Counted from the stretch's first letter, positions 1 to 9,656 are shown. The stretch: 64,000 nt of DNA from an uncultured Rubripirellula sp. (GCA_938085445.1 CALKGR010000002.1:51411-115410); one strand, 5' to 3'. Notes: generated from the letters alone by a model not told the origin. Numbers and translations are program-made.

Positions 1-2
1 AT

Positions 3-1556
3 TCGATCAATGGACTCGATTGTCATGCGTTCTTGCGGCGGCAAGTCCTTATCCATTCGAACAAGCGACTCCATCGCCAACTCACTGCTTTCTTCCTTCA
101 CCAGTGCCTGAATGTATCGACTGAAAGCACGCTTGGCTTTTCCATCGGCTTCATAGACTCGCGCCAAATTCAGATTGATCATGCCATCCTCGGGAAGCCC
201 AAAAGCGGCGGACAACAGATGCCGCCAAGCTTCGCGATTGTCACGGGGTAACAGCAGTTCGCCCAGACGCCCATGAAGCTTGTAATTCGCCTCAGGGTAA
301 CGGTCCTTCCTCGCGCTTTTGACACCTATCTCGCCCGCCGCAATCCCAAGATCAACTTCTCCTTCATTGACCAACTCTTCCATCAAATCAAATAAGCGGG
401 TCGCACGCAGATCTGCCTTCATTGTGTCGTTGATCCATTGAATTGCAGCAGCGAGCTCATCGGTCTCTGCGCCTTCATCCAGCATCAACGTCAACAAAAA
501 CTCCGCAGCTTCCCGCCCCAGCCGCGTGTCACCATTTTCTTCAAGCCATGCAAGCACCAGATCCCGGTCCTCAGCCACCATCGCCTGAAACCATTTCAGG
601 TCCTGTGCTGGAAATTGTGGTGACCGCGCGGCACGCACCGTTGCAAGTAGTGACCGACGATCAATGTGGATCCTGAACTTCTCGAGTAAGTTGATCCCCA
701 TCACACCGGCAACACCATCTGGATGGACCTGCACCACCTCAGTGGGACGGAACGCTACGTGGGGTGAGAAATCAATCGTTGCGCATCTCAGTGGGCCAAC
801 ATTGCCAGCCGGACGGCGCAACGAGTTGCACAACCGACGCTCGAGACAAGTGTCGTACCGCGACGATCCAATTGCCAAAGCCCGGCTGAGCGATTTTCCT
901 TTGTCATCAGTCTGTTCAGCTTCGCCTGCATCCGGCCCGGGCAAACTGACCGGTAACCAGACCAGATCATTCTGCAAGGTGATGGGGGTGATGATCTCTC
1001 CGTCGCCCTCCACCGGCTGATAACCCGCAAGCTGCCCCGCAGTTGCCAATGTGATCCTATTTTGAGGCAAATCAAAAATGACATCAAAGTGTTTCAACAC
1101 GTGAGCACCAATGGCTCCAGTCAATGCGTTTTCACCAATTTCCGTGGAGTGGTATTTCGTGAACTCCTCAAAGTCTTCCTCCGGGCCCAACTCCCGTCTG
1201 GCCACCTCAAGCGCAAAGTCACTGAAGTGCAGGGTAAGTGCATTGGGCTTTCCGGCTGGCGTCTCGGCAGGAAGAGGAGTTGCCGCACGATTGTGAAGTT
1301 GCAGGCCATAAGCCCCATCGAAATCCAGCCACAAATTAACGGGCACCCGCAACTTGGGACCAGAGATGTCGCAAGCGACAATCAAACGCCCGTCAACCAC
1401 CTTGATCGGAATGACCCCACCGTCATTACTAATGACAGGGGGACGATCGACCGAGTCACTCGATTGTGCCGAAACTGCCACCGGCGCCAGCAAGCATCCT
1501 GCCACCACAAAAAGGCAGGTTTGGAAGCAGTGTATGAATGAATGATTTCGGAGCAT
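3..1556 (-). CDS. Secreted protein with tandem retropepsin (aspartyl protease)-like domains and TPR-like helices; 3' end runs off the window
   Basis: Manual translation from ATG at 1556 gives 518 stop-free codons to the window edge, so it is absent from the ORF track. Signal peptide (MLRNHSF...LLAPVAVSAQ). IPIKVVDGRLIVACDISG..VNLWLDFDG, GAIGAHVLKHFDVIFDLPQNRITL and GVMGINLLEKFRIHID match the retropepsin-like pattern. Helical TPR-like segment INLNLARVYEADGKAKRAFSRYIQAL. Confidence 0.85.
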   Translation of the reverse strand, partial: MLRNHSFIHCFQTCLFVVAGCLLAPVAVSAQSSDSVDRPPVISNDGGVIPIKVVDGRLIVACDISGPKLRVPVNLWLDFDGAYGLQLHNRAATPLPAETPAGKPNALTLHFSDFALEVARRELGPEEDFEEFTKYHSTEIGENALTGAIGAHVLKHFDVIFDLPQNRITLATAGQLAGYQPVEGDGEIITPITLQNDLVWLPVSLPGPDAGEAEQTDDKGKSLSRALAIGSSRYDTCLERRLCNSLRRPAGNVGPLRCATIDFSPHVAFRPTEVVQVHPDGVAGVMGINLLEKFRIHIDRRSLLATVRAARSPQFPAQDLKWFQAMVAEDRDLVLAWLEENGDTRLGREAAEFLLTLMLDEGAETDELAAAIQWINDTMKADLRATRLFDLMEELVNEGEVDLGIAAGEIGVKSARKDRYPEANYKLHGRLGELLLPRDNREAWRHLLSAAFGLPEDGMINLNLARVYEADGKAKRAFSRYIQALVKEESSELAMESLVRMDKDLPPQERMTIESIDR

Positions 1557-1974
1557 TAATCAACCAGGTTTTTAAAACTTATTTTAGCTCAGGAAGCTCG
1601 ATCATGCACAAAGAAACGGACAGTTTCCGCAAGCTTGCAGAAGGGATTTCCATGCTGAATGCCGTATCTGTTTACCATGCCTCAGCATCAGTGTCGCCGG
1701 AGTACGGACCACACCGGCAAAACCGTGACTTTCAAAAACAGCTGCTCATCCTCAAACAGCAAACGCGCGTTTCTGATGACCGAGCCTTTTCGAAAAACCG
1801 GTGAATAGAAGCCCCAAGAAAAGGGCCAAAACAGGCCCCACTGCCGCCGGCGGCGTCTCTGACGCCAGCGACACCACTGAACACAAGCAGATCATTCAAG
1901 TTTACACGCATGCTGCATGGCCCCGGCACGAGACACCAAAGAGCCACGAACAAAGCGTGCATGCTGGCATCGGC

Positions 1975-3153
1975 TCAGTTCTTCGGTTTGCCCTCAATCT
2001 TCCCAAAAGCAAATGTGTCAGAAATCATTTCAACTTTGATTTTCGCGGTGGATGGTACGCTCACGGCGACCGGGTCAAAACCGCGTCCTCAGCAGGAACC
2101 CGGTAGGATTGCCACCTCGAGAACCACTTGAGTTTCTGCGTCTACCACTTTGAATTCGGGTGACTTTCCGATCGGATGCCACCCGGTGTACTGCTCACCT
2201 GCTTTTCCAAAATACCAAATTGCCTTCGGGGAAAACTGGATTTGGTCACCCACCCTCGCAAACTGAAACTCCGAAGAAATCGGGCCTCCCCAATCAAACT
2301 TTTTGGAACGCTCTGACATCAAATTCAGCGGCTTCATTTTCCCAGCTTTGATTTTCACACGATGCTGACCGAGTCCGACAACTCCGGAGACCACAGTGTA
2401 CTTCCCAGCAGGCACACGAACGGGTCCGTCAACCGCACCGATATCAAACGAGTGCTTTCGGTCCACAGACAAAATGACGGACGAAAGCAGGACTGCTTTC
2501 GAGTTGAATGAGGTGGACATATCGATTTCGGACGTGGGTCCGTTGTACGGGGACAAGGTGAATGTCGCTCCGTCTTCTGCGACGTTCAGTTGCCGCAACT
2601 TGTCACCAACAAACACGGTCGTCGACAGCATCATCGCATGATCTGTATTTCCAACGACCATCGCATCACTGCCAATGTCGTTGAACTTTCCATTCCCGTC
2701 TTGATCGATTAATTTGACTGACACCGGGCCCGCATCTGTCGGGATCAAGCCAACCATTGCCCCACCGGGTGCCCATTCCCAACCATCCGCATCATTCCGA
2801 AGACGTGCCGCGTAGCGGAAAGCTTTGCCAGAATCATCTGTGCCACTCAAAACAACCCGTGTCGAAGAAACCATGGTCTTTGGATCGACCAACGCTTTGA
2901 TGGTGCGATCAAGCTCGCCATCACCGTCAGTATCGACCTTCAAGCTGGTGCCCGAAAATTCAAACGCAAACAGCCCACCCCCGGCATGAGGGAGCCGTAT
3001 TCCCTCCTTTACTGGGAACCACTTTTCGGTAGGTAACTTGAGCGACCAGTTTCGATAACTTCGATACTTCAACGCAACTGAGTCTGTATCTTCTGCTACG
3101 CACAGCGGCATCATCGCCGTAAATGCAAGCAGGCCCGCGAGTAGACGCAACAT
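1975..3153 (-). CDS. Secreted beta-rich Ca-binding protein; candidate selenoprotein (in-frame TGA at 2089-2091, motif PGSC-U-GRG). Ends at 2089 if TGA is a true stop
   Basis: ORF 2089..3165; likely start ATG 3153 (GGAG 6 nt upstream, MLRLLAGLLAFTAMMPLCVA signal peptide). Two Dx[DN]xDG-type loops (DTDGDGELD, DQDGNGKFND). Frame stays open 37 codons past the TGA to a second TGA at 1975-1977. The CDS itself is high confidence; the read-through is less certain. Confidence 0.7.
2054..2088 (-). promoter_or_regulatory. Candidate bacterial SECIS-like stem-loop immediately 3' of the in-frame UGA
   Basis: UGA-GGACGCGGUUUUGACCCGGUCGCCGUGAGCGUACC folds by hand as an upper GAC/GUC stem with CCG loop, a U-rich bulge, CGGU/GCCG, and a possible lower ACGC/GCGU pairing. 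G residues sit at +18/+19 from the UGA. Confidence 0.45.
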
Positions 3154-3583
3154 TGAACACTCCATGGCTAGTTGTAATTCGCCTCAAGTTTAAGCGACTC
3201 CTCGTCACCAAGATACTGCGAAACACTTCTATATTTCACCCTTTGAAAAAAAAAGGGGGATCCAATCGCTGAATACCTAAGAACTGCGCCAAAACTGCAT
3301 GACATTCATAACGAGCCCGCCCGATTCCCGGCGCTCCCCACAGCCTCGTTCTCCCAAAGTACCAAGCATGAGGATGGACTTGGCATGCCAGTTACTGACC
3401 TCAGGGTCGCCCCAGCCACCGACTACCAGAGTCGGGGATGCCTTCTTGCACCAGATGTCTGCAGAAGCCACGCCAAGCAGTTCACCCGGTGAATTCAATT
3501 GGCAACAAGCTCGGATACCTCAAGCCTGTCACAACCCGAGATCCCGAAAACACACAGCTCCGCAAACGCAGATACTGCGTTCC

Positions 3584-4222
3584 TCAATCACCCGATCCAT
3601 TCACAGCCTCACTGGCAAGCTTGAAGGTCTCGATCATCTCAAGAAACTTCGAGACATCACCGCCTCCGACGCGACTGCTCACCGTTTTTCCGGCGGGGGA
3701 AAAACAGACGAATGTCGGGTATGCCTGAATTCCATTTTTCTTCGCAATCGCTACCTCAATCTCAGAATCAACGTACACAGGCACCATATTCTTCAGCGCA
3801 GCTTTTACCTTATCGTCCGGAAACACCTTAGCAATCATCATCTTGCACGGGGCACACCACGACGCTGAAAACATCACTAACATTGGCCGGCCCGTTTTTT
3901 TCGATTCAGCGATTCCCTTCTCAAAGCCGCTCACCCAGTAATCCGGCAACGAATGCCCCACCTGAGCGCGTTTGGGTTTCACGGTCTCAAAGACCGTCTG
4001 ATAGACGTCAATACGTCCTGCAAACTCCCCATCGGAAACCATACCATCACCATTACGATCAACCGCCTTCGCAAATTGCTTGATCAATTCCAGATCAGCG
4101 TTACTAATGCGTCTGGACGAATAGTCAACGAACTCCGCAACCGTCCTCTCCTCGGCAGAAACGAATGACACTAAAACGAAGAAGATAACCAACGTAGCTG
4201 ACAAGAGAATGCGAAACGGCAT
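3584..4222 (-). CDS. Exported thioredoxin-family protein with N-terminal EF-hand-like loop
   Basis: Signal peptide; DRNGDGMVSDGEF EF-hand-like loop; PMLVMFSASWCAPCK active site; GIQAYPTF cis-Pro loop. Start taken at ATG 4222 (ORF track starts at 4261). Confidence 0.9.
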   Translation of the reverse strand: MPFRILLSATLVIFFVLVSFVSAEERTVAEFVDYSSRRISNADLELIKQFAKAVDRNGDGMVSDGEFAGRIDVYQTVFETVKPKRAQVGHSLPDYWVSGFEKGIAESKKTGRPMLVMFSASWCAPCKMMIAKVFPDDKVKAALKNMVPVYVDSEIEVAIAKKNGIQAYPTFVCFSPAGKTVSSRVGGGDVSKFLEMIETFKLASEAVNGSGD

Positions 4223-4657
4223 GACACTCACCTGAGGAACACGAAATGAAACCGCCAGCATAACGCATTACCCTGTTGATGTCCCAGTGTGTTGGCGGCA
4301 GCACAACCACAGGTACTCGTCCCAGCCCAGCACCAAGTTTTTTAAATTGCATAGCATCGATAACCTCCGTCACTCCGCGGCAACCGCGAGACACTTCCCA
4401 CCAGCATCGCGTTACCAGCTTTTGCCGGACCAGCCTCCGACTCAACAAACTGCAGCGTTTGTACTCAAACCACGCTGGGTCAGCGGCCCCCCTTAATTGT
4501 CCTATCGTCGCGATTCGACTCACGCCCCCTTCCCAGCCATCCGACCTGTCAAACCGCAGGGAAACGCGTCTCGCGTTTTCTTCCACTCACAAGCTTCTAT
4601 TATCTGCTGCATTGCAACTGGCAATTAATTTTCAATGGAATAGCGGCAATTCCGTTG

Positions 4658-5050
4658 TTAGACATCAGTATTACGCATGTGATCTGCCGTCCGCTGAAAG
4701 TAGCTGCTCAATGTAGAACGCAACGCAACAGAACCAACCACTTCCTGCAACGCGGTTTCCATGCACAAAACCCATTGGTCCCGCTCGCTCACGCCAATCG
4801 GGAAAGGCAGATGCCTCGCCCGAAGCCGCGGGTGCCCAAACTCACTGACATACAAACTTGGCCCCCCAAAAAAACCACTCAAGAACTTGTACAGTTTGTC
4901 AGCCGAACCAGACAGATCTGCTGGGTGCAAGTCACGGATACCCTGCGCCTCCGGCAATCGATCCATTAGTTCATAGAATCGGGCAACCAGAACACGCAGG
5001 CCCTCTTCCCCACCAAGTTGGTCATAAAGCGTCTCTCCCTCACCGTCCAT
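4658..5050 (-). CDS. Group II truncated hemoglobin (trHbO-like)
   Basis: LYDQLGGEEG..LVARFY, FLSGFFGGPSLY, GHPRLRARHLPFPI, ERDQWVLCM and TADHMRN are characteristic group II 2/2 globin motifs. Confidence 0.93.
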   Translation of the reverse strand: MDGEGETLYDQLGGEEGLRVLVARFYELMDRLPEAQGIRDLHPADLSGSADKLYKFLSGFFGGPSLYVSEFGHPRLRARHLPFPIGVSERDQWVLCMETALQEVVGSVALRSTLSSYFQRTADHMRNTDV

Positions 5051-5297
5051 TACTTAATCTATCTTCCAATAATGTTCCAAGAAATATCCACGGCCTTATG
5101 CCGGACAAGGGCGGTAGATCCGATGCCTCGTTGCTGCAAGCCATTATCACACCCCCCTTCGAGTCTTATTACCATAGAACAACTCCCCTAAACTTGTAAC
5201 TGTAACGAACACAAAAGCGATCAACTCATCACATTTGACACACCCACTGGGAAACGTTTTCAGACTTCCCGGAAACCTAACCGCACGGAACACCGAA

Positions 5298-6272
5298 ATG
5301 AAGCTTCATGCTCGGAAAATACTTCTTGTTGTCCTGTCATTCCAAATCACCCCGAAGGTTATGTCTGCGGAGCAGGAAATCTTTACAACAAAGCCAGAAC
5401 TAGTGTTGAGTTCAGGCGCCGGTGAAGGTCCTGCGTGGCACCCAAAACTTGGCTTGTTGACCAGTGGAGATGGAAATATCAATCGCTACGACTTGTCTGG
5501 ACAAACGTCGGTGTTTCGGAAAAATGCAGGATCTAATGGTCTTCTATTTGACCGCTTGGGACGATTAATTGTCTGTGAAAATCGCAAGCGACGGATCACA
5601 CGAACTGAAACAGATGGAACCATCACCGTCCTTGCGAATTCTTACAAGGGCAGTAAGTTCAATCAGCCGAATGATCTGACCATTGATTCAAAAGACCGCA
5701 TTTACTTTACTGATCCGCAATATGGTGACCGTACTGGAATGGAGATGCGTGATTTGGACGGCAAGTACGTCGAGGGCGTGTATCGAATTGATCCGGACGG
5801 AGCAGTCACCAGAATCATTACACATCAAGTTGATCGTCCAAATGGACTGATCATCACCCCGGATGATCGTTACCTGTATGTCGCTGAGAACAACAACGAT
5901 CGGGGTGGCAGCCGGAAATTGTGGCGATTCGAAATGGATATTGATGGCTTTGTGAAACCAAGAACTCAAATGCTCATCCATGATTGGGGTACCACACGCG
6001 GTCCTGACGGAATGAAGCTGGACCAAGCCGGACGCCTTTATGTTGCAGCAGGCCTTAATCGACCGAACCTACCCCAGGAAACTGCAGTCAAACCTACTGC
6101 AGGGATCTATGTCTTCAGTCCGGGCGGAAAGCTCTTGACCTTTGCCGCTATCTCGAAAGATGAAACCACAAACTGCGCCTTCGGTGGACACGACGGTAAA
6201 AGCCTGTTCATCACGGCCGGTGGAACACTCTGGAAGATCAGAACCAGAAGTCCAGGACTCCGCCTTCAATGA
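5298..6272 (+). CDS. SMP-30/gluconolactonase/LRE family protein
   Basis: GEGPAW, GSNGL, FNQPNDL, RPNGL, GPDGMKLD and TTNCAFGG beta-propeller motifs; signal peptide from ATG 5298. Confidence 0.92.
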   Translation: MKLHARKILLVVLSFQITPKVMSAEQEIFTTKPELVLSSGAGEGPAWHPKLGLLTSGDGNINRYDLSGQTSVFRKNAGSNGLLFDRLGRLIVCENRKRRITRTETDGTITVLANSYKGSKFNQPNDLTIDSKDRIYFTDPQYGDRTGMEMRDLDGKYVEGVYRIDPDGAVTRIITHQVDRPNGLIITPDDRYLYVAENNNDRGGSRKLWRFEMDIDGFVKPRTQMLIHDWGTTRGPDGMKLDQAGRLYVAAGLNRPNLPQETAVKPTAGIYVFSPGGKLLTFAAISKDETTNCAFGGHDGKSLFITAGGTLWKIRTRSPGLRLQ

Positions 6273-6487
6273 TGAGCAACCCGCCACTATTCCTGGTTAC
6301 CAGCTACCTTTTATGCGTGCCAGTCACAGTAAAATTAGCTTAAAAAACGCTGGCAACTTGCCACTCGCAAAACGCCGCAGTTGACACTTTTCCAGCTGAT
6401 CCACATTTCTGAGGGGGTTCGCAGAATGCCCTCCAGCCGCGACACTACAGCCAATAAGTCAGAAACTCCCAACCAGTTGTAGACAGT

Positions 6488-7447
6488 ATGGCTATCCAAT
6501 GGTTCCCCGGTCACATGCACAAGGCTCGCCTTGAAATGCAGGCCACGCTCCCCAAGGTCGATGTACTGATTGAGGTTCTTGACGCGCGAATCCCTTATTC
6601 CAGCGAAAACCCAATGCTGGAGGAATTGCGGGGAAACAAGCCTTGCCTGAAAGTTCTTGCAAAAAGTGACTTGGCAGACGAACGTCGAACAAGCGAATGG
6701 GTGGACTACCTCGATCAGCTTGAAAATGTTCGTGCTCGGGCCGTGAGTACCGAAGACATACCCTCAATTCGCCGCCTTAAGAACGCGGCATCCCGTATGG
6801 TTCCCCACCGCGAAGGTCGAACTGTCACCGTGATGGTGGCCGGAATTCCCAACGTGGGCAAGTCAACACTGATCAACGTCCTTGCAGGCAGAAAGATAGC
6901 CAAGACTGGGAACACACCAGCTGTCACAAAACATCAACAACGGGTTCCCATCGGGGACAGCGTGACTTTAATGGATACACCAGGAGTGATGTGGCCGAAC
7001 GTAGAAAACCACAACAGCGGATACCGGCTAGCGATCCTTGGTTCAATCAAAGAAACCGCCATGGACTACAGCGACATCGGATTCTTTGCTGCAAAAATCA
7101 TGACACGGGACTTTCCCGAGCGGCTTCAAGAACGTTACCAAATCGATGATCTTCCGACCGGCGAGCTAGAGCTCATCGAAGCCATTGGTCGTAAGCGAGG
7201 ATGTCTAGGAAAAAACAATACTGTCGACCTTGATCGAGCATCACGGATTCTCGTCACCGAGTTACGCTCGGGAGGACTGGGGCGTCTGACCTTGGAAACC
7301 CCAGACTCAATGAAGCATGAGAAGAAACGCACCGCTATCGAAGTGGCAGAAAAAGCAGAACGCGCTCGTGAAAAAGACGCAAAGCGGAAGAAACGTTTTC
7401 GCGACAAACAACGCGCGGCTCGCAAAGCACGCGAACACGGAGCGTAA
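6488..7447 (+). CDS. rbgA: Ribosome biogenesis GTPase RbgA/YlqF
   Basis: N-terminal IQWFPGHMHKA, EVLDARIPYSSENP, and circularly permuted G motifs (G4 AKSD, G1 GIPNVGKS, G2 T, G3 DTPG). Confidence 0.95.
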   Translation: MAIQWFPGHMHKARLEMQATLPKVDVLIEVLDARIPYSSENPMLEELRGNKPCLKVLAKSDLADERRTSEWVDYLDQLENVRARAVSTEDIPSIRRLKNAASRMVPHREGRTVTVMVAGIPNVGKSTLINVLAGRKIAKTGNTPAVTKHQQRVPIGDSVTLMDTPGVMWPNVENHNSGYRLAILGSIKETAMDYSDIGFFAAKIMTRDFPERLQERYQIDDLPTGELELIEAIGRKRGCLGKNNTVDLDRASRILVTELRSGGLGRLTLETPDSMKHEKKRTAIEVAEKAERAREKDAKRKKRFRDKQRAARKAREHGA

Positions 7448-7593
7448 GCAGCCCTTGCAACGGTGTAATACTCTCATGTGATCAGAAGCTTGCCGAAAGT
7501 GCCCCTTTCCGCAGGCAACGAATTTACAACAGGAAAAACTGAAACTAGTCTGCCGAGATGGCAATCAGATTCAGGAAGCACGTGGATTTTTGA

Positions 7594-8196
7594 ATGTTTG
7601 ACGATCTATTCCAAATAGTCGCGTTACTTGCCGTCATTGGCACCTCCATTTTCCGATTTATCAAAGCGCGGAAAGTCAAAAAGGTACGAGAGCAATTGGC
7701 AGCAGTAGCCTCACGTATCAACGCATCGGTTGACCCCGGCCAACGCAGCATCAGCGGCAAGATTGAAGATATTCCCTTCAAGGTAAAATACGAGCCAGCG
7801 TTGGAAAAGACACCGGCCCGCATCGATGTCGTTCTCAACAAAGCCTTACCGTTCAAGCTCAACATCGCAGCAAGGGTAGCACCATTCGATCCTGAAAAAG
7901 CTAATCGCGCTGGCGAGTTTCTACTAGACCAACGCAAATTTGATGAACAATTCAGTGTATCAACCAACGACCCAGACGCATGTCGCGAGTACCTGATGGA
8001 TCCTCTGTTCCACCAAGGCGTTGAATTTGTCGTCTCGCAAGGTTATTCCATCCGGTACACACATCGTCGAGCTGTCTTTGCAAGCCCGCAAACAGAATGG
8101 CTCGCTGACACAGAGAAGGCGGCAGCAAAAATGGAGAAGCTTTTAATGTTAGCCTACTCACTGATTGCCGAGTTCGAAGATCCAACAGAACCATAA
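7594..8196 (+). CDS. Hypothetical membrane-anchored protein
   Basis: 200-aa ORF with an N-terminal TM helix followed by a positive cluster (KARKVKK) and a globular alpha/beta region; fills the gap between genes. Confidence 0.75.
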   Translation: MFDDLFQIVALLAVIGTSIFRFIKARKVKKVREQLAAVASRINASVDPGQRSISGKIEDIPFKVKYEPALEKTPARIDVVLNKALPFKLNIAARVAPFDPEKANRAGEFLLDQRKFDEQFSVSTNDPDACREYLMDPLFHQGVEFVVSQGYSIRYTHRRAVFASPQTEWLADTEKAAAKMEKLLMLAYSLIAEFEDPTEP

Positions 8197-8273
8197 AGCT
8201 TGGTCGAAACTCAACGCTGAGAGTCCCATTCAATAAGTTGTCCAAAGGGCACCTGATGTGCACCGTTGGACGC

Positions 8274-9656
8274 TTACATCTCGATGCCGAAACCAGCACG
8301 CTTGGGACGGTCTACCAAACCCTGAGCCCTGGAATTCCCAATCACCACCTCGTTGACCGGATCCCAACGGACCGATTCGCCCAACCGTGCGGCAATTCCC
8401 GCTAAATGACAGGTTGTCAAAGCCCTGTGGTGGCTGGCCACATCCGACACCGGCTCTCTCCGCGCACTCAGGGCCATAAAGAAATTTTCAACATGATCGC
8501 TCAATGGCTGCCCTTTGTAGACCCGCTCCAGTGCTCCGTCTGGTAATGGATTCAAACGCAAGTCCTCAACAGGTTTCCCAGTCAAGCGTCCGCGGTTAAC
8601 AAAAATGCGTCCATCGGTGCCCTCAAACAGGATGCCATTATCCGTATCATGCCGAATTTCAAGTTCCATCCCGTCAGCATACGTCGCGTTGATCAGAAAA
8701 CGTGTTGCCGTGTTGTAACAATCGCGTCGCACGGGCTTCCCAACCTCAAACTCAGTTGGGTGTTCCACCATTACAGGGTCAACCGTAACTGGCCCCGTTT
8801 CGGTTTTCCCCATACCCCAGGTAGCGATGTCGACATGGTGGGCACCCCAATCAGTGAGCTTTCCCCCTGAAAAGTCGTACCACCAGCGGAACTCGTAATG
8901 CCCATTGGACCATTCCTTCATGATGTTGTTGGCACCGGACTGATAACGATAGTCTGTCTTCGGAGCGGGCCCCAACCATCGATCCCAATCCAAATTTTTA
9001 GGAGGTGTTACTGGGCTCAAACGCGGACTCTCGGGGCTTGAATCGATCCCACACACAACTTTTTTGATTTCTCCCAGCCTTCCAGCACGAATCATGGCAA
9101 CCGCCTTGATGAACTGAACTGTACTGCGTTGCTGAGTTCCTACCTGAAACACAGCACCAGTCTTCTGCTGAACTTCCCTGATCAACTGGCCCTCGCCGAT
9201 CGTCAAGGTCATCGGTTTTTCGCAGTAAACGTCTTTGCCGGACAACATCGCTTCAATTGCAATTTTTGCGTGCCAATGGTCCGGGGTCACAATATGCACC
9301 ACATCAATCGACTTATCATCGATTACCTTGCGATAATCTCCGCATTGCATTGGCGGAACAGTGGACCACTCTTTCACAATTTCGCCGGCTCTCTTCAATC
9401 GATTCTGGTCGACGTCACACACAGCGACCACATCGCCATAGCGCGGAAACCGTTTTCCGAGCCCGTAATTTGCTTTGGGAACCATGACGCGTTTGTCCCA
9501 CCGCAAACCACAACCGATCACCCCAATCGTAGGACGCTCGCTGGGAGACTGAAAACCAAACGCCTGCTCGCTACGTCGAATTCCCGTCGATCCCGCAACC
9601 ACCGAGGCTGTACCGGCCACGAAGCCCCGTCTTGTGATTTCATTGCGATTCAACAT
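8274..9656 (-). CDS. Tat-exported Gfo/Idh/MocA family oxidoreductase
   Basis: TRRGF Tat motif, IGVIGCG, TPDHWH, YCEKPMT, QVGTQQRS, DWGAHHVDIA. Confidence 0.95.
   Translation of the reverse strand: MLNRNEITRRGFVAGTASVVAGSTGIRRSEQAFGFQSPSERPTIGVIGCGLRWDKRVMVPKANYGLGKRFPRYGDVVAVCDVDQNRLKRAGEIVKEWSTVPPMQCGDYRKVIDDKSIDVVHIVTPDHWHAKIAIEAMLSGKDVYCEKPMTLTIGEGQLIREVQQKTGAVFQVGTQQRSTVQFIKAVAMIRAGRLGEIKKVVCGIDSSPESPRLSPVTPPKNLDWDRWLGPAPKTDYRYQSGANNIMKEWSNGHYEFRWWYDFSGGKLTDWGAHHVDIATWGMGKTETGPVTVDPVMVEHPTEFEVGKPVRRDCYNTATRFLINATYADGMELEIRHDTDNGILFEGTDGRIFVNRGRLTGKPVEDLRLNPLPDGALERVYKGQPLSDHVENFFMALSARREPVSDVASHHRALTTCHLAGIAARLGESVRWDPVNEVVIGNSRAQGLVDRPKRAGFGIEM

Noticed and set aside
33..1545. Short plus-strand ORFs in the ORF track at the left end
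   Set aside because: They are antisense shadows of the long minus-strand ORF <3..1556.
1557..1974. ORFs 1538..1804, 1732..1962 and 1801..2106 as genes
   Set aside because: No recognisable motifs and atypical composition; treated as intergenic.
3497..3586. Second possible UGA read-through after the thioredoxin (TGA-GG-AACGCAG-TAT-CTGCGTT hairpin)
   Set aside because: The TGA follows a complete domain and an unconserved-looking tail (NGSGD) with no Cys context. The extension (GTQYLRLRSCVFG...) does not look protein-like, and the hairpin is more simply a terminator or stability element.
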